Assembly: GCA_053919585.1 (NCBI GenBank)
Contig: CM132783.1
Origin: Euprymna scolopes
Taxonomy: Eukaryota
DNA: 64,000 nucleotides
Reading direction: 5' to 3' (one strand)
The notes below the pieces were generated by a model, which had not been told where the DNA came from, did no database searches, and saw only the letters and a program-made list of their open reading frames with translations. Shown here piece after piece: positions 25,753 to 38,100 of the stretch. The position numbers and the translations under genes are program-made. The stretch's first letter is position 1; each line of letters starts with the position of its first letter.

Positions 25753-26109
25753 TTGCATTATGGTTACATCATGATGTTTTGAAACAATTTCTTTTGTTAG
25801 AATTATATTTGAATCTTGTTTACGATAAGTCTGGCAATAGGTTTATACTGTCCTGATTTAATCTTCCTCTGAAGTCATCAGATCTAATTTTAAGACTCGT
25901 ATTACACATCTATCCTATATCATTTTCATACCATTTCTCTCCATGCAACGTATATCCTCAACTCACATTAGTCAAGTTTCACTTAGATGCATCATCACTT
26001 AGTGTACACATGCCTGATAGACTCTCCCTTGGTCGACACTGGTAATGCTATGCTGGTTACTAATGACAGAAGTTTCCTGAACTTACTCCACCCGTTCCTT
26101 ATTCTTGCA

Positions 26110-26750
26110 ATTTTTTTTTTTTTTTTTTTTTTTTACACAGTGATCACCACTTATCAAGGCCCGGAAGCCACTCAGGGATAAGGGTTATTGCAAGTACATT
26201 ACGTTAGTGAGGAGATTTGCTGAAATGTTTACTTAAGGGGGCGGTTCATTAGGAATTTGTTAACATTGGACTTGAACACATCCAAGTTGTAGTCTGGAGG
26301 GAAGCAGGCAGACAGAACAGAGTTCCACAGGCGTGCAGTTCTAAGAAAGAAGCTTTGTTCATGGAATCCGCGTTTTGATTTAGGCACAGATATAGAGTGG
26401 GGGAAATTTTTCACAGTGGATTCAGCTAGACGGGTGTTTTTCGTGAAAGATTGGCGAGGGGGACCAGAGATTGGAGTTCAGAGGAGCACCTGCCATGGAA
26501 ATAACGATAAAACAAGGACAGGCTCGCAACGTCTCTTCTGTGGGAGAGAGGTTGCAGGGTAGAGAAAAGGGGCATCCCCCACTAAGCCACGAAGTCTATT
26601 TTGTACTCTGTCAAGGCATGATAGACTGTTTTTAGCAGCTCCTGCCCAGATATGGCAACAGTATTCCATCCTTGGACGTACTTGGCTTTTATATAGATAG
26701 AGAATTGCATCAGTAGTGAGATATCTTCTGGAGCGGTAGGAGGATCCCAC
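26110..26750 (-). mobile_element. 5'-truncated LINE (family B) with poly(A)
   Basis: LYLYKSQVRPRMEYCCHIWAGA and SFFLRTARLWNS..FKSNVNKFL, followed by the family B tail and A-run. Confidence 0.88.
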
Positions 26751-26954
26751 CTACACTAGCATCTGCTCCACTCTGTATTCCATTGATATCACGCGAACAT
26801 GAGTGACAAATATTTCACTTGGTGCTTATATGCTTCCTCGGAAACCTCTTTAAAAGAAGATATTAATATTTCAAAAAACTTTATTGAATTTTTAAGATTT
26901 GTATTTTCTGGATTGCGGTTCTCATGTCTTTGTCGGTGTAACCACAATGCAAAA

Positions 26955-27220
26955 ATCTATGATGTAACAGATAAAGTATTAAGTGAAATTTAGTTCGAAG
27001 TAACACTTCTGGGGGTTAAAGGTTCAATCCTCAGCGCAGGCGATACTAAGAATATAATTGGAAATAACTTAAGATTTCTCTACGCAATCATGGCTGGTGG
27101 AACAAGAGCATGCTACCCCCATGAATCAAATAAAGGGCACCTTAAGAATGTTGTTGGTTACATATGCCGAAATGTTCTGAGAATAGCGCTAAAAAATGAG
27201 AACAGTAGTCTGAATAATTC
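26955..27220 (+). mobile_element. tRNA-like head plus pLTR-type tail (right member of a divergent pair)
   Basis: B-box GGTTCAATCC at about 27021. Ends gagaacagtagtctgaataattc. Confidence 0.6.
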
Positions 27221-28079
27221 AAATAATACAAACTGTGGAAGATGTTACTATGAGAATGCTTCCTTGCAGGCTACAACATGATCGTCTTCAAATTCTACAT
27301 CAATAAATACTTGTCATGCACTGTATTTATAAATAATCAAATTTTGTTTGGTCAATTCATCATCATTTTTATTTTTCATCATTAGCCTGACAATTTATCT
27401 ATCTCAATTTACCAGTAAGTCTTATCCTTGAGTAGCTTTGAGCCTTGATAAGTGGTGATTCATGTAAAAAAAAAAAAAAAAAAATGCATAACTAGCAGAT
27501 CATTCCTACCATATTTGAAGCTTATTAGACTAATAGCTTACGACCTTACAGACAGACCTTATTAAAAATGATGGTCAAGTCAGAGACTTTTTCATGATAT
27601 TTCCTGTCTTGAAAAAACAAAAGTATGCCCATCTTATCTTCATTCAAACAAATAAATTCAGTAAATAAAAGGAAAGGTTGGAAATAACGTTTTAGTGCTG
27701 AACACATATTTGATCTAAATAAAATCAAATGAGGGATAAAAAAAATCTATAAAACGAAATGCCTGTTTATAGACTCAGGAAAGGTTTTGATCCAACTTAG
27801 CATTGCAGATAGTGTCATAGGCTATGTAGAGTTGACCTAAGTCTATTTTTAAGGTCATAAAAGGTCAAAGAAGCCATTTAGAACTATAACCACAAAAATA
27901 AATGCTGAGTGACCTTAAAAATCTGGAACTGAGTTTGATTAGACTTGACGTACCAGTGAATACTTGTAATTCAGTAAAGATAACATGACATTTAATATAC
28001 GCCCCCACTTCTTTCTCTCATGTATAAAATATGCTTTCTTGATTTTTCTCATTTTGAGAAGTTGATTTTTATATCTAAA

Positions 28080-28560
28080 CTAGCAAGTCGCCTGGCATTG
28101 TCCGGTCGTAAAATACACATGACTATTATATTTTAATTAATGCATATTTCTTATTTATTATAAACAGAAATACTGTAGGTATTACACGTGATGTTAAGTT
28201 CTTTAAAAAAAAAAATGAAGTAAAAATAACAAAACAAACTGAGACATGTGTATGCAAGTATTGTTTTTTCTAAACAGTTCATTTCTTGTAAGTCGAAACC
28301 AAAACTTAAAGACAGTGAGTCTAGTACAATAACCATTAGGCCAGCTTGATATGATCTTTAAAAAGTGTTTACAAACTTACTTATTCTTAACATAAGGAAT
28401 CTGTCATGTGAACGATTCACGCATGCGCATTTGTGAAGCAGTTGACAAACTGATAAAAATCCTGACCCCCCCCTCCAAGTGCCAATTTTTCATTTTTAAC
28501 CCTTAGCAGCCCTTTTTTCCAGATAAAAACAGATTAAAAAGTTTTCCACATATCTGAATA
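28080..28560 (-). mobile_element. Helitron-like non-autonomous element
   Basis: CTAG plus hairpin (cctggcattgtccgg). Homologous to 48192-48660. Confidence 0.5.
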
Positions 28561-28562
28561 CA

Positions 28563-28910
28563 CTATATACATTTTAAACTTCTGCATGTTGGGGAAACAG
28601 GGAAGGAATTCCAAAGTCCAGCAGACAGAAGGAAACTATTAGAACAGAAGGCTTTCCAACATTTAGGAACCTCAGTAATGAAGCAGTGGGATTTTGCTGC
28701 TTGTTGAGTTGGTCTGGAGTATTTACGTTGAGGGAGCACAAGTACTATGAGTTTATCAGAACACATTTTATTAAAGTACTTGTGAAACAGGTATAGTGAT
28801 ACAACATTGTGGTGATGGGACAGGGGTTGGAGCTTGTTTGATAGTGCGAGGACCGATTAAATTTGTGACTGTTTTAGAGCCTGTCTAAGATGGAAGAGAC
28901 TAGTGGCATA
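28563..28910 (-). mobile_element. Decayed family A-like LINE 3' coding fragment
   Basis: CSDKL..TEVPKCWKAFCSNSFL..AGLWNSFP resembles the C-terminus of the 969-aa ORF. Confidence 0.7.
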
Positions 28911-29494
28911 AAAAAAAACTTTGAAGTGAATCAATTTTATTTTTTTTTACATGTTTATTTCAATCTAGGTTCATTTTGACACAAACAAGTAATTTCTCAA
29001 CAATAAACACAAAATTGCTTTTTAAAAAAATCCAAAGTTAGCATTGTTTTAAATTAACAAAGAAAAGACTAAGCAGAATGTCATTGTTTATATAAACACT
29101 GTCAATGGCTGAACAGCTTTCCATTGGCTTACATATAAGTAGGAGGGGTATCTGTAAGTGTAATGTAAATCATGATTGGAAAAACTTAAATCCAGCCTTA
29201 AGGTCAAAGAATTCGTTTCTCACGGAAGTAGGTTTCCAATGAAAAAGTTTGAAGTAATAAATAGAGCAGCATAAAAATAAATGGGTCGCCGGAAGATGAG
29301 ATCCGGATCAATTAGGAAATTGTTTGGCAGCCTCTGCTTATAGCATTGTTGTCAGCAGATATCCAACGCTGATAAACTCAAAGTGGATCAGTTCATTTCC
29401 GTTGAATAACGGGGGGGGGGGGGGTGACATAATATACTGTAATGCTCATTTTTCTTTTTTCTTTTTAAGAGGCATGTTCGTTTTTATTAAGAAA

Positions 29495-31370
29495 CTAGCA
29501 GGGGTACCTGGCATTGACCGGGTGTAGGTGAAAACAGCAGTAGTGGGGGTGCCCGGATGTGCATAGGTGGTGTAGTAAGGTGGGGGGGGATCCAAACAAC
29601 AGTAGGCAGAGGTGTTATAAAAAGTGTTAGTAGACGGGCAGGTTCGCTAAGGAGAGGAGAAAAAACCTGATGTCTTGGTCAATGTCTCCATGGTGCAACC
29701 GGAGGTCATGAATGTCAGAATTAAGCATAGTTAATCAAAAAGGGAACAATGAATTGCTAAAATGGCAACGCAAAAATCGACCCCTCCTTGTACAAAACGG
29801 CCGAGTTTAGAGTGAAGGAATTAATGTTTTTTTTTTTGCCAATTTTTCAATATTTGTTGTTCGAAGGATCAAGGTTTAAAATGATATCGGTTTCGTCAGG
29901 TTCCGTCGCCTCTGTCGAAAGTTTTTGCGAGACATAGAAGCACACACACACACACACACACACACATTTTGCACTTTTATATATTAGACTAGCCTGGGTG
30001 CCCGGTGTTGCCCGCGTGTTTGGACGTGTGGAGCAAAAAGTGGTAGTAAGCAGGCAGGCTCGAACTTGTAACATGAAGGCGGAAAAGAAAGTGAAAGAAA
30101 ATCCGATGTGTTACTGCTACTCCATGACGCGGCCGGAAGTGTAAAGCATTCAAATTTAACGTAGTCAAGATGACTTGCAGAAATGGTGTTGCTTTTAAAT
30201 CTCCCACAAAAGCAAAGGTTGTTTTTAATGTGGTGGAAAAATCAGCTTCCCCTAAAGGAGGGTACTCTGGCAGTATGAAGGGTTTTCCCTAAATTGACCA
30301 ATTACAGAACAGATACTACCCGGCTCGAAGGCCAGGGGGTTGCATTCCAATAAGTTTTGCTTTATTTATACGAAAAGACAAACAAACACTGATGACAGCA
30401 TGGTGGGAATTTTGTTTAACTTAATCAAAAAAAAGATAAACAATGTCAGTTTGCGAATGCGAGATACTACAATCTGGGAAGTATGCAGAAACTTCTTGCG
30501 GAACCTAACCGACGCGAGAAGCCCGATGCAAAAAGCCTTTCGTGGACATACACAAATACTCACGCCCATTTTGCATATAATAGTTTGCGGGGGGTGCCCG
30601 GCGTTGCCTGGGTGTTTGGAGATGTGTGTGTGTTGGGGGGGGGGCTAATGCAGAACAAAAGGGAAACTTAACCCTGTTTGAATATTAAAAAAAAAACGAT
30701 CTTAAACTTCTTAAAAAAATAAAACAAAAAAACAGCGATTTCAATATTAAAATGGAAAAAAGAAATCTTTTGTAGTGTAAAAGAAAAAAAACAGGGGTTG
30801 GTAGCAGGTAGGCTCGAACCTGGAGCCTTGAGGCCAATAGGCTGACTACATACATACAACTGCGCTACGGCTACAGAAGCAATGTAAGATGTTAAATTTA
30901 GCGATTAAAAAGTGAATGAGTTCAAACAGGTGCTTGATTTTATCGAGGTCAAACAGAATGAAATCCCGCAGTTAACTATTTCTGCGAGACCGTTTTTTTT
31001 GTTTTATTTTTTCTCTACCCAACTTGTTGGGGGGGAGAGTCCAAATGAATAGCAATTGTCTGATATGACGGTTTTCACCAACATTGATCAAAGTGCTCAT
31101 TGCTTTTCTGAACGTGCCACATGAGTGGCAAGGTTTGTTTCAGTTTCGCTTTTTTATAGTGAAAAGCCAAAGACATGCGTGGCCAATAAATATGGTGAAA
31201 ATTGCGCGTAAAAGTTGCCTAAATTAAAGATACACGCCGAGTCGTTTTGTAAATCTTAGATATTATCACCACATAAAAAGTTATAAGAATGAGCGACCAC
31301 CCCGAAAAAAAGCCTTTGCTGGACATACACAAAAAATGCACACACACACATTTTGCCTTTTATATATATA
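29495..31370 (-). mobile_element. Head-to-tail array of about 3 Helitron-like elements
   Basis: CTAG plus GC hairpin at 29495 and 29989, degenerate at about 30581. Each unit ends (ca)n-catttt-g-tatata(ga). The junction at 29988/29989 has no spacer. Confidence 0.65.
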
Positions 31371-31483
31371 TATTATTTGTAAGGTAAAATTTGTAAAAAA
31401 AAAAAAAAATTAAATTAATTTACTTCAAAGTTTTTGCTTTTTTTTTTTCATTCTTTTAATGACAATGTAGACATGATAGCAAA

Positions 31484-32722
31484 TATCAAATTGACAATAA
31501 AGTTCTTGCGGGTTTTAACTTTTAAATTCTGATGAACACATCTCAGCTCCAACAAAAATTCATTGATCGAAATAAGCACCATCAGAATCAAGACACTTGC
31601 TAACACAAAACAAGGGTATTTATGCCAATAATGTAAAAATCTTGCATTCTGCTGGCGATGAAGTCACTGAAGGCGTTTTTGATATCGCTTAGGTTTTTAA
31701 AGCATTTCTCATGCAGAAAGTTGTCAAGATGCTTAAAAAAGTGGTAGTCGGAACATGAGAGGTCTGGAGACTGTGGCAGATGAGGTAGAATTTTGTAACC
31801 CAATGCATTCAACTTAGCAACATACAGTCTGGCATTGTCATGGAGGAGAATTGGGTCTTTTCTGTTGACTAATGCTGAGTGTTGTTGTCGAAGTTTCTGG
31901 TGCATTTCATCCATTTGTTGACTGTGCTTTTTCACCGTAATGGTTTCGCCTGCATTCAAAAAAACTGTAATGGATGAAACTGGTCACAGACTGCCAAACA
32001 GTCAGCATGACCTTCTTTTGGTGCAACTCTGGCTTTGAGAAGTGTCATGCAGCTTCGTTGGTGTCTAATGATTGAGCCGAGTGTCACTGGTTGTCATAAA
32101 GAACCCACTTTTCATCGCAAGTCACAACCCGGTTGAGAAACAAGTCATTTATGTTTTGTAAAAGAAGGGAAGATGATACTTCATTACAGCATTTCTTTTG
32201 CTTGTCGTTCAATTCGTGAGGCTGAGGCACTCAGTTATCAAGTTTTTTTTTTGTCTTTCCAATCTTTCTCAAGTGGTTGGAAATCATCGTATATGTTATA
32301 TCTAATCAATTAGATTGGATTGGCTTCGACTAAGGCTCTTAATTGATCGTTAACATCCGATGGCCAACCACTACACTCATCATCTTCAAGACTCATTGTT
32401 GCCACAAAATTTCTAAAACCATCATTGTGCTGTGCGTTTAGTAGTAGTTCGTGGGCCAAACGCTTTGTTGATATCACAAGGTGTTTCAACAGCTTTGTGG
32501 CCTAGCTAAGAAAATTGTGCAAAATTGCTTTTTACTTATCTTGTATTCAACGTTCTGAAAAGACATAATTATTTTAAAACAATTATAATTTAAACGATTA
32601 AATAAAGCAAGAAAACGCTCTTTAAAATGATATATAAAGTAAATATATTATAATGAAAACTTATTTGAAAATACATCATTTAAAATTAAAAATTCTGCCT
32701 GAACTTTCTTCTCAACCTAATA
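31484..32722 (-). mobile_element. Near full-length decayed mariner (Hsmar1/cecropia-like)
   Basis: ILLHDNAR..LPHLPQSPDLSCSDYHFF peptide. TIR tattaggttgagaagaaagttc at the right end and a degenerate counterpart at 31484. Confidence 0.85.
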
Positions 32723-32920
32723 ATATATTACGTCATTATGTCTTAGGAACTCCATTTACACCCCACCCCATCCGTTAACTCTCCAGAGTATCAGAGAGAA
32801 TCTAACAGCCGCTGCATCTTGCTCAAAGGTAACCATAAATTTTGCAATGCAAGGGTGTTTCTCTCCCTCAGATATTATACATACCCGCTTACCTGAATAC
32901 GTGCAACACCTAATATAATA

Positions 32921-33006
32921 GTTATCCATTTGATACTGGCCGGGCTCACCATTGCTTAACTTTAATGATCTAATGAGGACCAGTATGTCAACATGATGAT
33001 ACCGTA
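32921..33006 (-). mobile_element. 5S rRNA-derived (SINE3-like) head, decayed
   Basis: Minus strand tacggtatcatc..aagttaagcaatggtgagcccggccagtatcaaatggataac follows 5S rRNA (A box AGCTAAGCA, TTAGTA, TGGATGGG). Confidence 0.6.
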
Positions 33007-33133
33007 TACATACACCTGTGCAAATCACATCATTCTCAACAGTTGTTTGCGTCCATGCTACTTGATTGAATCAACCTTAGATTGTAAATGCAGGATTTAG
33101 ATTCTAGTTGCACCAAAAACTGCTGATTTTTTA

Positions 33134-33556
33134 GTACTTGTGCAGTTTAATCAAGACATAAAAAAATGAAAATATCGAAAAAAAGGTTATATTGTACGTA
33201 TCCGTTTTGGACTGAAAAAAAATTTCATTTAATTTAATCGAGTAGTTTTTTTTTTTACCGTAGAAAAACACGTTCTTATGAGAGCGCGTTGAAGTCAGCC
33301 ATTTTGAATTTGTTGAACACGCCATGGGGAGATAACTTCAGTTAAAGCGCCATCTTTATTACTAGCTTTTCTTCCTAAAAATCAAACCTTTTGTTCGGTA
33401 TCATAACAAATTTTTTTTTCGCTGTAAAAGAAAAACTACTTGATGAAATTAAGTGAAATTTTTTTTTTGGAAAATTTTGTTCCATAACGGATACGTGCAA
33501 CATAACTTTTTTTCCATTTTCATTTTTTTAATATGTTGATTAAACTGTACAAGTAC
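33134..33556. mobile_element. Foldback MITE with long imperfect TIRs
   Basis: gtacttgtgcagtttaatcaagacat.. / ..atgttgattaaactgtacaagtac. Related copy at 49801-50354. Confidence 0.75.
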
Positions 33557-33860
33557 CGATGTTTCTATGTGGGGGGAAATATTAGCAAATTATTTTTGCC
33601 GCAAATGAGACTTTCTATCATGCCAATGTCATTCATACCAAACAAAAATAGACCCTTTCATCATGAATTCAACGTCAGCTTCGGACTACACCACTCTTAC
33701 AATAGTAGCTTTTGTTTCATATGTGCCTAAGCTTTCAACTTGCATTAGTCGTCTTCAAGAAAATGAGGATATCTTTTGTGACTTTTCATGCGATTGTGTT
33801 GCAATAAAAAAAAAATTGATTTCCATTATTGAACATTTCATTTCATATATTATTTTTCAG

Positions 33861-33892
33861 GGGGTTGAAAAAACAAGGATATAAGTGCAAAG
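33861..33892 (+). CDS. PRKCD: PKC 32-nt small exon in C1A (GLKKQGYKCK)
   Basis: tttttcag acceptor, AG|gtatgt donor. Bridges phase 2 to phase 1 exactly. Confidence 0.92.
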
Positions 33893-33923
33893 GTATGTAT
33901 TATTTGCATTATTAATAACCGGC

Positions 33924-33981
<58 letters not shown>

Positions 33982-34044
33982 CAATTAAGCTACACAGGAT
34001 TTTCTATGTTTCATCCTTGTGAGGATTTGTTGGCAGGCATATAA

Positions 34045-34051
34045 GTGAAAT

Positions 34052-34086
<35 letters not shown>

Positions 34087-34384
34087 ATTTCCCTAACAAA
34101 CTACTCAGTCAATTTTCAGTCTACAGACTTGAGATTTGATGTAGCAGGTATTGAGATTTGGGAAAATCTTTTTAATCCATTTTCGGCCAGAAATTTGGCT
34201 GTCAAGGGGTCAAAGTTCAACAATTTGACCTTTGAAAACTCTACCAAACTCCTCTGCCAATTTTGGGTCTAAACACTTGAAATTTTAAGATGTAGGTTAC
34301 CTAGACAGGAGTCAAACTTTCTAATATGCACATAAAGTTATGAACAGTACATAGGGCCCGAGCAAAGCCAGGCTGAATTGCTAG
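34045..34384 (+). mobile_element. Helitron-like element 3' part
   Basis: ccgagcaaagccagg hairpin followed by CTAG|T. Confidence 0.5.
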
Positions 34385-34395
34385 TTTATATATAT

Positions 34396-34532
34396 GTAGT
34401 CATCCACAGACAGACTGTTTTGCTGCATCAAAGCTCTTTGGTGCAGATAGACTAGCAACTACCTCTAGCCAGGATTGAAACTCAACCGCCTAGAAGACAG
34501 TCAGCACTTCTAACAGTTACGCTATTTGGCTG
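34396..34532 (-). mobile_element. Decayed tRNA-headed repeat with eroded hammerhead-like core
   Basis: Minus strand tagcgtaactgttag..gtttcaatcc..caccaaagagctttgatgcagcaaaacagtctgtctgtgg. Confidence 0.45.
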
Positions 34533-35136
34533 CTGCTAAAATGTATGTGAAATTACAATGATCAAACATTGTCTAAACTTCATTTTTTGTTTTACACAAA
34601 CAGCATTGCATTATATGAAAATATATGGCAATTAAGCTACACAGAATCTTTTGATAACCTACTATTTAGAGCCATTCACATATTTAGCACTGTTGCAGTA
34701 AATACTGAAAATTGATACATAACATATTATATCTCCTTATGAAATTTTATGCGAAGACATGAAATAAAGCTAAAAACAACTTTTGTATACAATGAATTGT
34801 ATAAAAATTGTAAAGTTTAGAATTATTAGTAAAAAAAAAAAAAAAAAAGAAATAAACTTTACTGTCTTGTCCAACAAGTTTCAATCATGATTATCCATCA
34901 GTGTTTGTTTTATGATATGCAGGGATACTTTGGTGATTGTTTCATCAGTAGGAGGAGTGGTCCTGAACAGATTTTACACTCACGGGACCATCATTTCTAG
35001 ATTTTAATCTCTGGTGAATTCTCAAAAATAATTACTTAGGCTCTTCCTTGACCGAAGCAAACCATCACTCTAAATCAGGGTTGTGCTAAGAAAGAAGTGT
35101 TTCAAAGTATAATTTTTACATGTATTCACGCAGGTA

Positions 35137-38100
35137 CAGCCTGGAACGATAAAATTGTCGCCCTAGAAAAGATATGATTCCATTTCTATTTGATGAAAAC
35201 CAGTTTTCTTACTTTGTAAACAATTTGCTTAAACTGGGCACTTGAATACAGTAATGCCAATGCAAGCAGATTGGGTTGATCATCATCTGATGGGTTGAGG
35301 GTACCGGATAGACAGTTCCTGGCTGCTGTTCCCGACTGATAGTACGGGAGTCCTAACTCTTTGGTAGCGCTTAGAGCGGCTGCTCCATCAACAGTTGTAT
35401 ACTATCGGGATGTTTGTAGTGCCATGTTGCGCATGGGAAGGGACCCTGCACTCTTCCCTGGTGGGCTATCCTGAGGCCACAACCCTAGTAGATGGAGGGA
35501 CAGCTGATGATCTGCCTGTGTTGCATGTCTTGTATTCTGCATAACAACTTGCTCAGCACGCCTTACCTAAACTGAAACTCTTAAAAATATACATGACAGT
35601 ACATTAAAAAATTACGCACAAACCAGGCCAAAATTCAAACAAAACCAACCTGCCTTCTCCCTTGAGGCTTGCATTTACGAACATCCATGGGTTTAGAACT
35701 AATTTAGCTGATGTTGAAGCATTTCTCCTAACAAACACCCCGGATATCTTAGCACTAAGTGAGACTAACCTACACTCCTCCATCCCCTCTAACTATTTTA
35801 ATATGCCTGGATACCTCCCACTCTGCCGTAAGGACTCTGACAGACATATGCATGGGCTTGAAGTCTACATTCGAAACACCTCCCCTTAACTAGAGAAACT
35901 AAACTAGAATCGGACGATCAAGCCTTTATGTGCTTGCAACATAATATTAGCTACTTTTATTTTCTCTAGCGCTCTCCCTCGACCCAGGACTGTACCTTAA
36001 TAAACAAAGTCTCTGACAGCATAGATACAGCACTTTCCCTCGACACTAGCGCACAAGTGCATGTATTTGGTGACTTGACAACATGCATCACTTCTAGATC
36101 TGTTTCTGACCACAGTTCCCGATGATTGTGTAACGAATGCCCACAGCCCTCTTGGGACGCCGATCATGCAGTGGTAATAGTTGAAATCGCCCTAAACTCT
36201 AGAGCCAAAACTGAAGAGCCACTGCTCAAAACAACGAGATATTATAAAAAGGCTGACTGGGAAGCCATCAGGGACCTCATCAGGGATGCCCCATGGCAAA
36301 ATATCTTTTACCTTCCTGCTGAACATTGCGCAAATGAGACCACTGAATGGTTCAAAGTGGCCATTGAAGCATATGTTCCCACGCGCAAATTCTATAGCAA
36401 ACCCCACTCTCCCCAATGGTTCACTTCTACTTGTGCAACTGCCGTAGCGCAAAGGCAGCATGCATACCGCAAATTTAACAGAGATAAGTCCAGTTCAAAC
36501 AGACAGAAGTACATAGAAGCCAGAAATAACTAAGAAAGAAATAGCGACAGTTACAAAAGAATTTACTGAAACCACCAAAAAACACATTGAAGCACAGAAA
36601 TTAGGAACCCGAGACTTCTGGAAAATCTACAACAGTGTAGTAAATAATGGGCAATCAACAATTCCCCCACTATCCAACAATCATGAGGTTGTTTGCTCTG
36701 CAACTGAGAAGGCTAACATGCTTGCCAGACGGTTTGCCTCCAACTCTACACTGGACTCTGCTAACCACCTCCTCCCTGACTTTCCTTTGCAGACAGACAC
36801 CACACTAGACAATCTGAAAATCACCCCTGCTCAGGTGCATGCTATCATAAGAAAGCTTGACACTGCAAAAGCATGTGGACATGATCTCATCCCGGCTGTG
36901 CTATTAAAAAAGTGCACCGCCGAAGTGGCTCCAGTTCTCTCCAAACTTTACAACAAATGCCTTAATGAATCTTGTTTCCTGCCTGCTGGAAAACTGCTTC
37001 TGTAGTGCCAGTTTTCAAGAATTCTGGTGAAAGAACTGACCCAGTAAATTATCAACCCATTAGCCTCTTCCCACTTTTTGCCAAAATATTTGAGACCATA
37101 ATTAACCAAGCTCAAGTCCGTCACCTTACAGATGCTAAACTTCTGACTGACCAACAATATGGATTTAGGAAAGCCCGTTCTACAGCAGACATCTCAGAAC
37201 GTATATATCATTCACTGGGCAAAGCGGGAGAGGGTAGAGCGGTAGCTCTAGATATATCTAAGGCTTTTGACAGGGTACGGCATGAGGGTCTTTTCAAGAA
37301 AATCAGATCATACAGCATCACTGGAAGAATACATAACATAATTAGATCCTTCTTAGATAAGAGAAAAATCCAGGTTGTCGTTGACGGGCATACATCTAAA
37401 CAATATGATATAAATGCAGGAGGGCCTCAAGGGTCTATCCTCTGTTATTCCCAATATTCATAAATGACCTCCCTGACAAAATTGTCTGTGAAATGGGTAT
37501 GTATGCTGATGACACCACGCTCAATAACAGACATGACAGGAAAATAAATGAACACATATCTAAAGAAATGGCAGAAACACTGGAGGATGACCTCCAATCC
37601 GTAGTGGAATGGGGACAAAAATGGATGGTCACCTTCAATGCTGCCAAGACTAAACTTGTTTCCTTCAATAATTAAAAGAAACCTTCTCTACCGCCAATAG
37701 CAATGGCCAATGACTCTTTATCTGAAAGTACATCTTTTAAACTCCTCGGCCTAACGTTCACAGGAAACATGAGTTGGAACAATTACATTGAGAACATTGC
37801 CAGGACCGCTGTGAAGAAGGTAGGTTCTCTCTACCGTGCTAGAAAGCTATTAACGCCTGAAAGTATCTTATACCTCTATAAGGCTACCATTCGCCCATGT
37901 AGGGAGTATTGTTGTCATATTTGGGCTGGTGCATCTGCCACTAGTCTCTCGCTCTAGACAAGGTTCAAAAGAGAGTCGCCAATCTGGTAAGTCCTGATCT
38001 GTCAGCTAAACTTCAGCCTCTGTCCCATCGATGAAATGTTGCATCCCTCTACCTGTTCTACAAGTACTTTAACAGTGAATGCTCTGACGAACTGCAAGCA

